A stretch of DNA of 64,000 nucleotides, from contig NC_043003.1 of NCBI RefSeq assembly GCF_006345805.1, forward strand, positions 42,966,001 to 43,030,000, read 5' to 3'. The position numbers and the translations under genes were made by a program. This document shows, one piece after another, positions 52,757 to 64,000 of the stretch. The stretch's first letter is position 1. Every line of letters begins with the position of its first letter. The stretch is from Octopus sinensis (taxonomy: Eukaryota). Below the pieces are notes generated by a model. That model was not told the DNA's origin. It made no database searches and worked only from the letters and a program-made list of their open reading frames with translations.

Positions 52757-54672
52757 TCTACCCACGTGTGTTGTGAGTTATTTTGTATGTGAAAATTGGA
52801 AAAAAAAACTGTTAAAAATTGTCAAAAATTGAATCGCGCGAGGCGTTTGCCGCTGCGTGTTTGAACCTTTTATAGAAGGTGTGTCGACCCTCAAGTCATG
52901 GAGACTTACGCGGGGGTCGCCACAACAAAAAGTGACGAGTCTCTTAGAATAAAAGAAGTGTTCTTTAGAAAAGAACAATTGAAGGAATACGAGAAGTTCG
53001 TCAAAAGGGAGGGTGACAGCGTGAAGCTGGTCCCGCCTGTGGAAACAATAGAAGAGAAAAATAACATGACGATAACGTATAGAACGCAAGATAGAAACAC
53101 GAGAAAACTGGTGAGAGTGACGATTGAAGAAATAGAGAAATGTCTGGGGGACATCATGAAAAAAGCGACTTTTGTAGACAGAGGAAAGAAATATGGTACG
53201 GTGGAGGTGAGATGCGCAACAAAGGAAGTGGCGGCCTCATTGGCTTCCACTGTCCTGAAAGCGGAAAATTTCACCATGTGGCCGACGTATAAAGGAAGAC
53301 GAGGGGTACGGGTAAGAGTCCCAAAGGTGCCCCCAAATATTAAAACAGAAATGCTGGTAACAGCCATTATTGGGGCAGCAAAAGAGGAAGTAGAAATAGG
53401 GTCAATTAAGGAGACGAACGTTGTAAATTGGAAGGGATTCGGAGTAGAGTTGTGGCTGATGGCCACAATGGAAGACATCGAAAGATTTCCCTTCCAAATA
53501 GAAATAGAAAACGAGAAAACAATTAGTGTAATAGTGGAAGGCAGAAAACCGAATTGCTACCTGTGCGGTTCAAGAGGGCACATAAAAAAGGAATGTCCGC
53601 TGTATGAATTCACAGCGGAGCAAAAAGAGACACAAAGTGGAGAGAAGGAAAACGAACACGAAGGAAGGAACAGCGAAAACAAGAAAAGGAAATAACGGAG
53701 AAACAACAAGAGAAGGGAAGTAACAGCGCACTGAAGGAAAATGAAAACAAAGGGAAGAAGATAGTAGAAAAGGAGCAAAATTCACAGGGTGCAGAAGTAG
53801 TGGAGAAGGAGCCAAGGCAGAAGCAAGAGAAAGAAAAGGAAAGTACATTAAAGGAAAGAGAAAAAGCAGGAAAAGAACAAGAGAAGGAACAGAACCAAGA
53901 GAAAGGAAAAGATGGTATGCAAAAAGAAAAAAACAACAGGAAAGGAACTTAAGGCACAGGGTAGAGAGACGGCAGACAAAGAGCCAAAAAGACAAGAGAA
54001 GGAAAAAGAAAGAAGAGAAAGCAAAAAGAGAGAAAGAGAGAAACCGAGGGAGGACAAAAAAGAGGAAGTAAGTCCTAAGAGAAAAACTAGAGAAAACGTA
54101 GGTACGAATAGAAAATTCAAATACTATGGAACGTTGATCCATCACAGGTACTGTGAGGAGATGGAAGATTTAATAAGCGTAACAAACGGATATACGTGGG
54201 TCAGGATGGGCACCGAATGGAAAGAAACAGGTGCACTCGTCCACGAGAACGACGCCGAGGCGTTCATCGAGGCAGCTGGCAAGAACGTGTTAAAACATAT
54301 GAAATGCCGACTTACAAGGTGGCCTCGAACGATGGAAGTTTACTCAGATTTGGTAGACATAATGGAGTATATATAAAAGAAAAGGTATTGTGAAAACTTT
54401 AATTTGGAAATGATAAAAAGAACTTTAAATTCTGAAAAAAAAAAAAAAAAATGTTGAACTTTGTAAAACTTTTAAAATGTATGTTGAAAATGTATAAAAT
54501 GTTTTATTTGGAAAATATTGTTGACGAATAAAAATAAATGACGAAATGTAACCGCTCGATTTCGGGGATCGAGTGGGCATTGCACCACATTGTACAAACT
54601 TCATAATTCATTATTCATTTTCCCGATTGTATTGTCCCATCTATGTAGCCCCTAGTGGGTAATAATAAAACA
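52757..54672 (+). mobile_element. ORF1-only (HAL1-like) non-LTR retrotransposon, young complete copy 2
   Basis: Perfect 12-bp TSD acatggaggaaa (52745-52756, 54673-54684); 141-bp 5' UTR, single ORF, ~296-bp 3' UTR with hairpin, A-rich tail; no RT or endonuclease. Confidence 0.85.
52898..54376 (+). CDS. Gag/ORF1-like protein with CX2CX4HX4C knuckle, E/K-rich linker and small C-terminal domain; interrupted by two compensating A-run indels
   Basis: 265-aa open frame 52898-53695 ending ..VIVEGRKPNCYLCGSRGHIKKECP; -1 at A4 53676-53679 and +1 at A7 53927-53933 return to the same frame (ORF 53912-54376); ~492 aa if repaired. Confidence 0.7.
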
Positions 54673-55008
54673 ACATGGAGGAAAGCACCTTCGAAAAGTG
54701 TCTTGGTGCGACTATGAAAGATATCTAATCAGAGGCGGTAAATTCGCCACAGTAGAAACAAGGTTCGAGTCAACGGAGCGTGCAAGGGAGTACTCGACTC
54801 GAACTTGCAAAGTGGAAATATTTTATTTTTACCTTCATATCTGGGACGTAGGACGTCCCGGATAAAAAATTAAAATTATATCCTCCCCCCCCCCGAAAAA
54901 GAGGTAGGCTTGATTGTAGCCGCACTTCTATACAAGAGGCAGGACAAGATACAATTGATCGAAATTACAAGAGACGGGCTAACAATTCCAGTCTGTTATA
55001 TATTTTGA
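54673..55008 (+). pseudogene. Older ORF1 homolog (copy 3), 3' part; its 5' part is at 52685-52756
   Basis: MEESTFEKCLGATMK / YLIRGGKFATVETRF / FLPSYLGRR / PPEKEVGLIVAALL aligns with IEEIEKCLGDIMK..RGKKYGTVEVRC..WPTYKGRR..PPNIKTEMLVTAII. Confidence 0.7.
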
Positions 55009-55812
55009 GTATTGTTATCACTAGCGATATCGAGATATAACTTTGTATTTTGTATTTTATGTGTAGATGTATATATATATATATAGATAGATGTACATGT
55101 AATATGTACACATATATAAACACATATATACATGTACTAGCACTATGACCCGGCAACGACGGGTCTTTAATGCTAGTATATATATATAAAAAAAGAAAAT
55201 AAGACAAGGTTGAAAATGCTAAAATAATTTATAATGAAATACATTTTGTAATGGTTAATAACGGTTTCAGAGTTTTCGACTTTTTCAGCAAAGTGATGAA
55301 ATTAAATATTTTGTAAATATTTCCTTAGTCTTCAAATAGATAGGATAGCCGCTACTACAGCGTCACACCATTCCCACCGTTTCCTCCTCCTCCTCATTCC
55401 CCTCCTCCTTCTTTACCTCCTCCTTGCTCGGCTGCTGCTGTTTAAACCACTAAACTTCTGAACTAAATATTTCTCTGCACACATAAACACTCTTTCTTCA
55501 GATCTGCTACTACCTACCGAGTCTCCATAAAGGAAAAGAAAGAGACAGAAAAAAGAAAATGTGCTGCCTATTTGAAGACCATGGAAATATTTACAAAACA
55601 TTTCATTTAATGTTTTCTTCAATTTAATTGTTTTTCTTATTAATTAATATCCACCTTTGTTTTACTCTTTGTTGACAAAGTCGAAAAGGCTTAAACCGGT
55701 ACTCACTGTTACAAAATATATTTCATGATAAAATCATTTAAACATTTTCTATCTTGTCTTATTTTCATTATATATATATATATCAACTCGTATGTTAGTT
55801 TTCAACCTTCCT

Positions 55813-56186
<374 letters not shown>

Positions 56187-57327
56187 GTGTGTGTGTGTAT
56201 GTATTTGTGTGTGTGTGTGTTGTATGGCGTATGTACACATATATATGGTAAGTGAATTGAAAACCTGTAGAAGGAGAATCGGCACGTAAGATTGGAGAAT
56301 GCGTAAAGACGAGTTGAAAGATTTTGTCTTCCGAGGCATATCACCATGCAGATAAAACCATCAAATCCATGCCTAATCCCATTCAAGGGAAAAATTTTTT
56401 TCTCCTATCAGTTCGTGTCATAGAATGTGGATTCAGCTCAATAAATAAAAGAAGGTTTGAATAATTCTGATTTCTGGTTCAACTTAAGCTCGTTACTGGT
56501 ATGGAATATAACATAATTTGCTGAAGGTTTTGCATCAAATCTTTCACGTCTTCGTGCTGGTTCACAGTTCAATGAACTGCTATGCAACTATACACGAGCT
56601 TTCGAAAATATCTCACAGGCTTATATAAAAGTGAGGTTTAAGATGGGAGTATAGAAGTATTATCATCAGCTAATGGAATTAATAATCTCTTGATGTATAG
56701 AAAATGGAATAAATAGGAATCTGATAGAAACTTTAGAATTCATGTGTTTTCCTTTCATTGCATTTTGGGAATTTTATTCAATTAATTTTCACCAATCAAG
56801 ACAGCTATGAATTTATCGGTTTTTAATCATTTTAATTATTTCTGACATACACAATGTAAACTGAAAAATGTAGTCTATTCAATTGAGTCCAACTCGAGGT
56901 ATTACTGGTGCTGGCTTAGCAAACGATATGAAGAAAAAGTAAAGTTTACCTGGGCAGGAAAGGATAACAGAGAGCAGTATAATCTCATTAATTTTATCAC
57001 GGATTTTTACACCACCAAGATATAAACTCACTTTTTTACAGAGAAAGGATTGGGTTATGACGTGATGAGAAAGCATTTTGCTATCTTTGACTTTGAGCTT
57101 TGCCGATAGAATACATATTACTGCGTATCAGCAAAATACACTACAACTTCGGAATTTGTCTGTGATTTCAAATCCACTGATGAAGGTTACACCCAGTAAT
57201 GTATACATACAGGTTGATGAGCGCGTACATACATACATACATACATACATACATACATACATACATACATACATACATACATACATACATACATGCATAA
57301 TACATACGTATATGTGTGTGTGTGTGT

Positions 57328-57614
57328 GGAAGAACAATGCCCCAGTGGTTAGGGCAGCTGACTCCCAGACCGAGCGTTGTGAGTGTTTATTGAGCGAAAA
57401 CACCTAAAGCTCTACGAGGCTCCGTTTCTGTTGTACCTGTATTTCAAAGAGCCAGCCTTGTCACACTCTGTGTCACGCTGAATATCCCCGAGAACTATTT
57501 TAAGTGTACACGTGTCTGTGGAGTGCTCAGCCACTTGCACATTAATTTCACGAGCAGGCTGTTCCGTTGATAGGATCAACTGGAACTCTCGTCGTCGTAA
57601 CCGACGAAGTACCA
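57328..57614 (+). mobile_element. SINE family D with head deletion
   Basis: gttgtgagtgtttattgagcgaaaacacctaaagctctacgaggctcc shared with 42377-42600. Confidence 0.8.
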
Positions 57615-57616
57615 CG

Positions 57617-58064
57617 ATAATACATATACATATATATATATATATGTATATATAGTATATATATATATATGTGTATGTATAATTATGGTATATGTATGTG
57701 TATGTATATGTATATATATGTGTATGTATGTGTATGTGTGGGTGTATATATATGTGTGTATGTGTATATTGTGTATATAGGGACTAGTGTGCTGTGTGTG
57801 CATGTGTGTGTATGGATTTGTGTGTATGCGTGTATGTGAGTATGTGTGTTTTGTGTATATATATATTTTCTGTGTGTATATGTATGTGTGGTCGTGTGTG
57901 TATATATCATGTGTGTATACGTGTATGCAAGTGAGTGTGTGTATGTATACATATATATGTGTATGTGTAGATATGTATATGTATGTGTGAGTGTGTATAT
58001 ATATGTGTGTATGTGTAGAGGTATAAGTGAGAATCTCCTTATTTACCTAAAACTCTATTCCCCC

Positions 58065-58115
<51 letters not shown>

Positions 58116-58222
58116 TTATATTTTTTAATTTTTTAATTTTTTAATTTTTATTTTTATTTTTTTATATTTTTTTATATTATTTTTTTATTTTTTTATATTT
58201 TATTATTTTCTATTTTTTACTT

Positions 58223-58256
<34 letters not shown>

Positions 58257-58464
58257 ATTCTCCTATCTAATTAACACTGACTCCTTGACCACTCCCCCAA
58301 GTATGATTTTTTGCGCTATGCCTACCCCCAATAAAGTCCCCCACCACACCCTTTAACCTGCCTAAATGTATAAATGCCAATACAATTCTTGTTAACTAGC
58401 TTCTGAAGATTTCTCTTGAATGAAACAGTTCTAGTCCTGTAGAAGCTCCTTCTATATAATAAAT
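57617..58464 (-). mobile_element. Partial second copy of the 24148-25742 long-TIR element (one TIR plus interior)
   Basis: Reverse complement of about 24148-24850 including unique anchors ggggaatagagttttaggtaaataaggagattctcacttatacct and gcacactagtccctatatac. Confidence 0.9.
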
Positions 58465-59399
58465 ATATATATATTATATATATGGTGTGTGTGTGTGTGT
58501 GTGTGTGGTGTGTGTCTGTCTGTCTGTGTATGTATTCTGTAAATTATAATAATAGTATTTTATAAGCTTAAAGATTATAAGCGATCACTGCGCAATGACT
58601 AAAGAAAATAGTCTAATAATGGGACATATAAGGCCTCGACAGAAAAAAAGTAGGTTTTTCCGTATACGTGGAAATCGACACTGCTTAACAAAGCGCTGAG
58701 AATATGAGTGGGTTATATTATTTTAGAGAGCCAACCAATTTTTGAAAGACATGTACCTCATATGAAGCATGAAATACCAATTACATTTTCTGTGTGTATT
58801 ATCACTGATATGCAGCTCAGATTACTTTCACTAGTTTATTTGCTAATATGATGATTATCTTTAAACCGCTTCAAGCATACAACGGTAGTATTGAACAGCT
58901 ACCAAGCACAAAAATTTGTGTAACTAGTCGCACCTATACATACATACATACGTACGTACATACATACATACATACATACATACATACATACATACATACA
59001 TACATACATACATACATACATACACATATAATTACATACATATGAGATATGTAACTCACTGTCTAAATACCAATATCGAGAAATTAGGCTTCTCAAAACC
59101 AGAAAGGGAAAAACTAATTCGAAGATTACAGATCTATCACTGGAACTGGAAAAAATCTGTAAAATTTTCCAGAAGTTTATCATTTAGATATATGCGAGCA
59201 TATCTAGATATGCAACTATATGCATAAGACTACATATATAAAGCAAAACATACAAACGTGCACACATACATACAAACAAACATACTCTGTTGTTGTCGTT
59301 GTGTTGCAAGATGCCTGATGTGAAGTCGTGTGTTGAAACAGATATAGTTGTATTTCGAGATGGTAGTTATGTTACTTAGATGACTATGACTTCAGTTGT

Positions 59400-59700
59400 T
59401 TGTGCCCTACTAGAACAGTAAGAGGTAGACCCTCTACTATAACGTCTATGGGCAGGAGGACCTCTAGAGAGATACGGAACGAGATACGGAACGGATTGAC
59501 CAGAGCTGTACGGACGCACGAAAACGTCGATCAGATTAAAAAGATGGTCGCAAATGCGGTGGGTGCGAGTACCAAGACCACACTCAAGGGCCACATATTT
59601 AAGCTTAATAACAAGATGTACGATCATCAGGAAGATGGAGCCATCGGTGTCAGTTTCGCTGACGTCAGTGGAAACATATTTGCTGACGTCAGTGGAAACA
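59400..59700 (+). pseudogene. Penelope-like RT fragment (motifs 3-4 region)
   Basis: TTLKGHIFKLNNKMYDHQEDGAIGVSFADVSGNIF resembles the F.FN.K.Y.Q..G.AMG...ANIF pattern; short internal tandem duplications. Confidence 0.55.
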
Positions 59701-60252
59701 TATATGGTTCACCCTTAAATCGATGAATTAAAAGAAGAAACTGAAATTTCGAGAATTATCTGTTTATTTTAACAAGCAGGGATCAACTTACGGAAAAGAG
59801 TGTTGTAATAGAAAATATGATTTCGCAAACATAACGAAAATACAACTTTGCACAAATCGTTTTAGGAGCGAGCTCAATAAAATTGTGGAAACGTTGTATC
59901 TTACTTAGACAGATAATAACGAATACACACTAAAAAATTGAGGTACCCTGATGTATTTAATACTACACAAATATTTTGAATATTTTCCCTCGAGACATGG
60001 TCGCGTTTCTGCCACAAACACAAGAGTAAAGTAATAGATTGTATTTGATATTAGAATAACAGAAATAAACTAGTAGACGGTAAAGATGTGTATTGTTATA
60101 AGGATAATGAACAATATAACTTCGTATAAAAACTTTGCACATACGCATACACACGTATACGTGTATTTGCGTATGTAATATAGAAATATGCAAGAATGCG
60201 TATATAAATATATGTTGATTGTCCCCATTTACATATTCAGACGCATATGTTG

Positions 60253-60289
<37 letters not shown>

Positions 60290-61696
60290 TTAATATATAA
60301 CGTACTAGTATAATGATGCTTGCATAGATATATGTGAATGAAAATTTCCAGATATATGTACGAATATATCAATATCTGTATGTTAACACTTAACAGCTAT
60401 GTGAGAAACTTTGGTAACCTAGTGAATAATTCTATAGATCTATCTCACTCATTTCTCTTTCTCACTCTATATGTATTTGCCTATGTATGTAGTTATATAA
60501 ACAAACATATACATACATATACATATATATACACAAATACATACACACTCACACATAATTTAGATATGGTGCGTGTATCTGTGTATACATGTACACATCC
60601 TTCATAAATCATTCTGCAGACATCAGAGTTATGCATGTGTAACAGATTGTTCATGATTGTTCGGCTGTCATTAGGAAAATGTATATTTTTTCTGACATTA
60701 GTTGACTGTTTGATGTATTCCATTACTAATTGTGACACAATATACGCATATTCGATAAAAGGTATTTGTTTGCCAGTGTGTATACTTGCATTTGTGTATA
60801 TGTGATTTCATATCTGTGTGTGATTTTATACGTGTGTATACAGGTGTGTGTCTTATTGAATATAAAAGACTATAATAATTGTAGTCAGAATATGTCCTAC
60901 CTTAAGAGAACTGAGATGGCTGAGTGGATACAGTATCAGAGAACCATTTGAAACGTTAGCGGCGCCTGTATTGTCACAAGAACAACGATCTTCCTGACGC
61001 CAGGCTACTTAGCTCTCAAATAACATAATTCATGTTGCCCTAAATAAATATAACCGCTTAGGCACTAAAAAAAACAAAACAACTTCTCCTCCAAAAAAAA
61101 TTCCACCAAAAGAAACAAGAAATTACTGCTTTTGTATTTTGTGCCTGAAAGTTTTGGGGAAGTAAGGGATATCACTTAGATTCTTCTAACACAACCGTTT
61201 AAACTCCCATTGTAAGGATTTTTGATATTGTTCTTTTTGCTCTTGTTGTTATTGTTGTTATTGTTCTTTTACTTCTCTTCTGCTACAGCTGCTAAATATA
61301 ACAAAAAATGTTACTGATAATAACGCTGGTGCTGAAGCTCCTAGTATATATACTTATATAGGCAAGATAAATGAAGGCGCATGAGCTAAGCGTTCGGTTC
61401 ACGATCATAAAGTCGTGGCTTCGTTTTCAGGACCGGAAAGTACTTTGTACCCGCGAACTAAACGTTTCATTTTAATTTGATTCTTTCTGCGTGGCTGAAA
61501 ATGAGCACCGAGTGAGTTCTGTTGCTGTTATATCCTTACGCCACCAATACCGCGGTATGGCTGATATTGTCGACGATTATAACAATACAAAATAGAAACA
61601 GCGGTAATAACAAACACGTAGCGAACTAACGATCAATATTTCCAACATATTAACTTGAACTGTTAACTGTACCTTGACTTCGAAGACCAAACTACG

Positions 61697-61731
61697 AACT
61701 GACGAATACGTCAGACCGCTACTATTTATAT
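61697..61731 (-). promoter_or_regulatory. Core Pol II promoter: TATA box at -30 and TCAGTT initiator (+1 = 61700)
   Basis: Minus strand cATATAAATAgtagcggtctgacgtattcgTCAGTT; first T of TATAAA at 61730, Inr A at 61700; GGCGTGGGT box at 61768-61777. Confidence 0.6.
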
Positions 61732-62282
61732 GAAGTGGTCCCGGCTGTTCTCGTCAAAGCGTGTCGTACCCACGCCACAACATCACACCTTTTGAGATTT
61801 CGTGTTCCGAAGTAATAAAGACATTTTATTTGCTATTATTATTTTTTAGTAACTTTTACGCTTGAGTCTTAGCTCAATGTGTTCGGTCTCCCTCCGTTTC
61901 AGGTGAAGTGTCAGTTACATATCCATTTAGCTAGTTTTGTAATTTGTCTCTCTCACAGATACCTCTCTCTCACAGATACCCGCACTTCAACGACACATTG
62001 CACAACATATAGGTACTGGAACTCCATAATGTGGTTGTACTTTTTTCGTTTGGGAAAACGCAGTTGTCCCTGTACTAAATTACTGATATCTTTGTTTGTC
62101 GTATGTTCGTACTCTGCTAAATGAACGAAAGTCATGTTATCATTCATTATGAAAAGTGCGATTCTCTAAAAGTCAGTATAGGTTGTGTTCTCTAAAGAGA
62201 AGACGTATATTTTTGGGTGGAGAATATATTATTCGCTATAAGAGAAGTACTGTTATGTATAAATGAAATTAATGCATAGCAC

Positions 62283-63341
62283 TTAAAAATGATCTCACAA
62301 AGTCCTTGATAAATGTTTCATTAACAAAGTACTTGATAAATGTTTCATTAGCCTGAAGTTAATCCTGTTCTTTGTAAAATTACTGTGCTAAATACGACCA
62401 CTATCGCCGTATCAATTACCACTACTCCCATCACCTCAATTTCCACAACTAACATATGTGACAACAACAACTACAATAGTGACAGCAAATACATCTTCGA
62501 CGTCGATTACAATATGTGGTTCTGCAACTTGTTCACACTTAACTTTAACTTCCTGATCATTTTTGATTGTTTTGAATAAATATTCATGCGACTCGTATCT
62601 ATTCGTATTTAGTCTCGTAGTCATATTACCCACCACCAGGGCCTTCTCAGCAGCTTTGGGTGAGGACAAAGCTAGGTAATTTAACTGATATTGCAGAATT
62701 AATCAGAACTTGCTTTCGAATTTGCAATCTGCCAATGATATCTGTGGGAAGTTATTTATGAAACTATTCATTACTATTCTTTTTCTTTCATCTACTATTA
62801 TCTGTTTTTTTTCTCTCTTTGACTTGCAGTTTCCAGTAATAACTATTGTCTTCTATATTATAGCAACACTACGTAGCGACAGTCCATTTCAATATCACGT
62901 GGAGTATTCTACCAACTTATGCAGAAAGAGTGTTTTATAGCAGCAATGAATTGAACTTCTAGCCCGATATTTGCAAAGCAGCGCGGAACAATATTGGTGA
63001 CCATAACAAATAAAGACTGAAAGAAAGAAATAACGTGTCAAAATTAAAGCAACTCAAAATGATACATTGAGTGGGAGATATACCGATATCTTGGCCTACA
63101 AGAGTGACCAAATAGCCCCCAAATAAAATGTAAATATTTTAACAGAATATAATGTGAAAAATGTATTCGGAATACACGAATACCAAGGGAGAAAATCAAA
63201 TGACTTTCACGTTTGACAAGTCTCCTGAGCGCCGGGTGAATACAGAAAGAAATGCCTCACAAACATACAAACATGCCCACCCACCAACACACTCACACCT
63301 ATTCCCATTTATTGATATAATCATACATGCATATATGCGTG

Positions 63342-63387
<46 letters not shown>

Positions 63388-63839
63388 AGAAAGAGAGAGA
63401 GAGAGGTAGATAGATACGCAATTAGGCAGATAGACAGAGAGACAGATAAATAGAAATTGACCAATACCAAGGGAGAAAGTGACATGATTTTCACGGTTGG
63501 AATACCAGTGGTCGTTGATCGTTCAGGACTGCTCTTTCAAGACTGTCGTGGTGTTAAACGACTGAAACAAGTATAGTAACTGTCTGTTTGAATATTAGTA
63601 GCCGCAATAAAAGTTTATATTGACATATGTGTACAACGTGAATATTGCTGCTCTAGGCAAATAAGGATAGTAGCAAGTAAGCAAGCAACGGTACTGTGTG
63701 GAATGGCATTTGAATGGAATACAATCATCGTATAAATGACACTATATATATAAGATTGTTAAAAATGATCTCACAAAGTCCTTGATAAATGTTTCATTAA
63801 CAAAGTACTTGATAAATGTTTCATTGACCTGAAATTAAT
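62283..63839 (+). repeat. Pair of ~81-bp direct repeats (62283-62363 and 63759-63839), each with two ~26-bp internal units
   Basis: ttaaaaatgatctcacaaagtccttgataaatgtttcattaacaaagtacttgataaatgtttcatt identical over 67 bp. Confidence 0.9.
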
Positions 63840-64000
63840 GGCGGTGAGCTGGCAGAATCGTTAGCACGCCGGGCGAAATGCGTAGCCATATTTCGTCTGC
63901 CGTTACGTTCTGAGTTCAAATTCCGCCGAGGTCGACTTTGCCTTTCATCCTTTTGGGTTCGATAAATAAAATACCAGTTTCGCACTGGCGTCGATGTAAT
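63840..64000 (+). mobile_element. SINE family B running off the window end
   Basis: ggcggtgagctggcagaatcgttagcacgccgggcgaaatg...gaggtcgactttgcctttcatcc. Confidence 0.9.

Larger units (their letters stand above)
52188..55176 (+). mobile_element. Helitron-type non-autonomous ends bracketing the nested ORF1 elements
   Basis: a|TCtttatatatataaaactgag at 52188; hairpin gacccggcaacgacgggtc then CTAG|t at 55173-55176; that both ends belong to one element is inferred. Confidence 0.5.

Noticed and set aside
52906-54145. Long antisense ORFs opposite the ORF1 (and at 8995-9495)
   Set aside because: Shadows of a purine-rich coding strand; F/S/L low complexity only.
62283-62363. Short repeated units resembling a CRISPR array
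   Set aside because: Units are directly adjacent with no spacers, eukaryotic context, no cas genes.

Overview
AT-rich (microsatellite-dense) animal genomic DNA. The SINE families and (TA)n/(TACA)n/(CA)n/(TAA)n landscape look like an Octopus genome (recognised from memory, not database-checked). No host protein-coding exon can be supported. The window is a nest of mobile DNA: about 20 tRNA-derived SINE copies and decayed fragments of Tc1, Chapaev3-like, Helitron, Helentron/DINE-like, Gypsy, R4/Dong, RTE, L1/Tx1 and Penelope elements. It also has a textbook TATA(-30)+TCAGTT initiator on the minus strand at about 61,700, so much of the window may be intron of a leftward gene. Two candidate parasitic-RNA systems stand out. 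(1) A family of ~1.8-1.9 kb ORF1-only (HAL1-like) retrotransposons: two complete, diverged copies with target-site duplications (8225-10437, 52757-54672) plus a third older copy. They encode a CCHC Gag/ORF1-like protein but no RT, and share a covarying 3' stem-loop and a 3' tail also found in a SINE. (2) Fold-back non-autonomous elements carrying minimal type-I hammerhead ribozyme cores, one placed downstream of a tRNA-type Pol III promoter (6002-6338).
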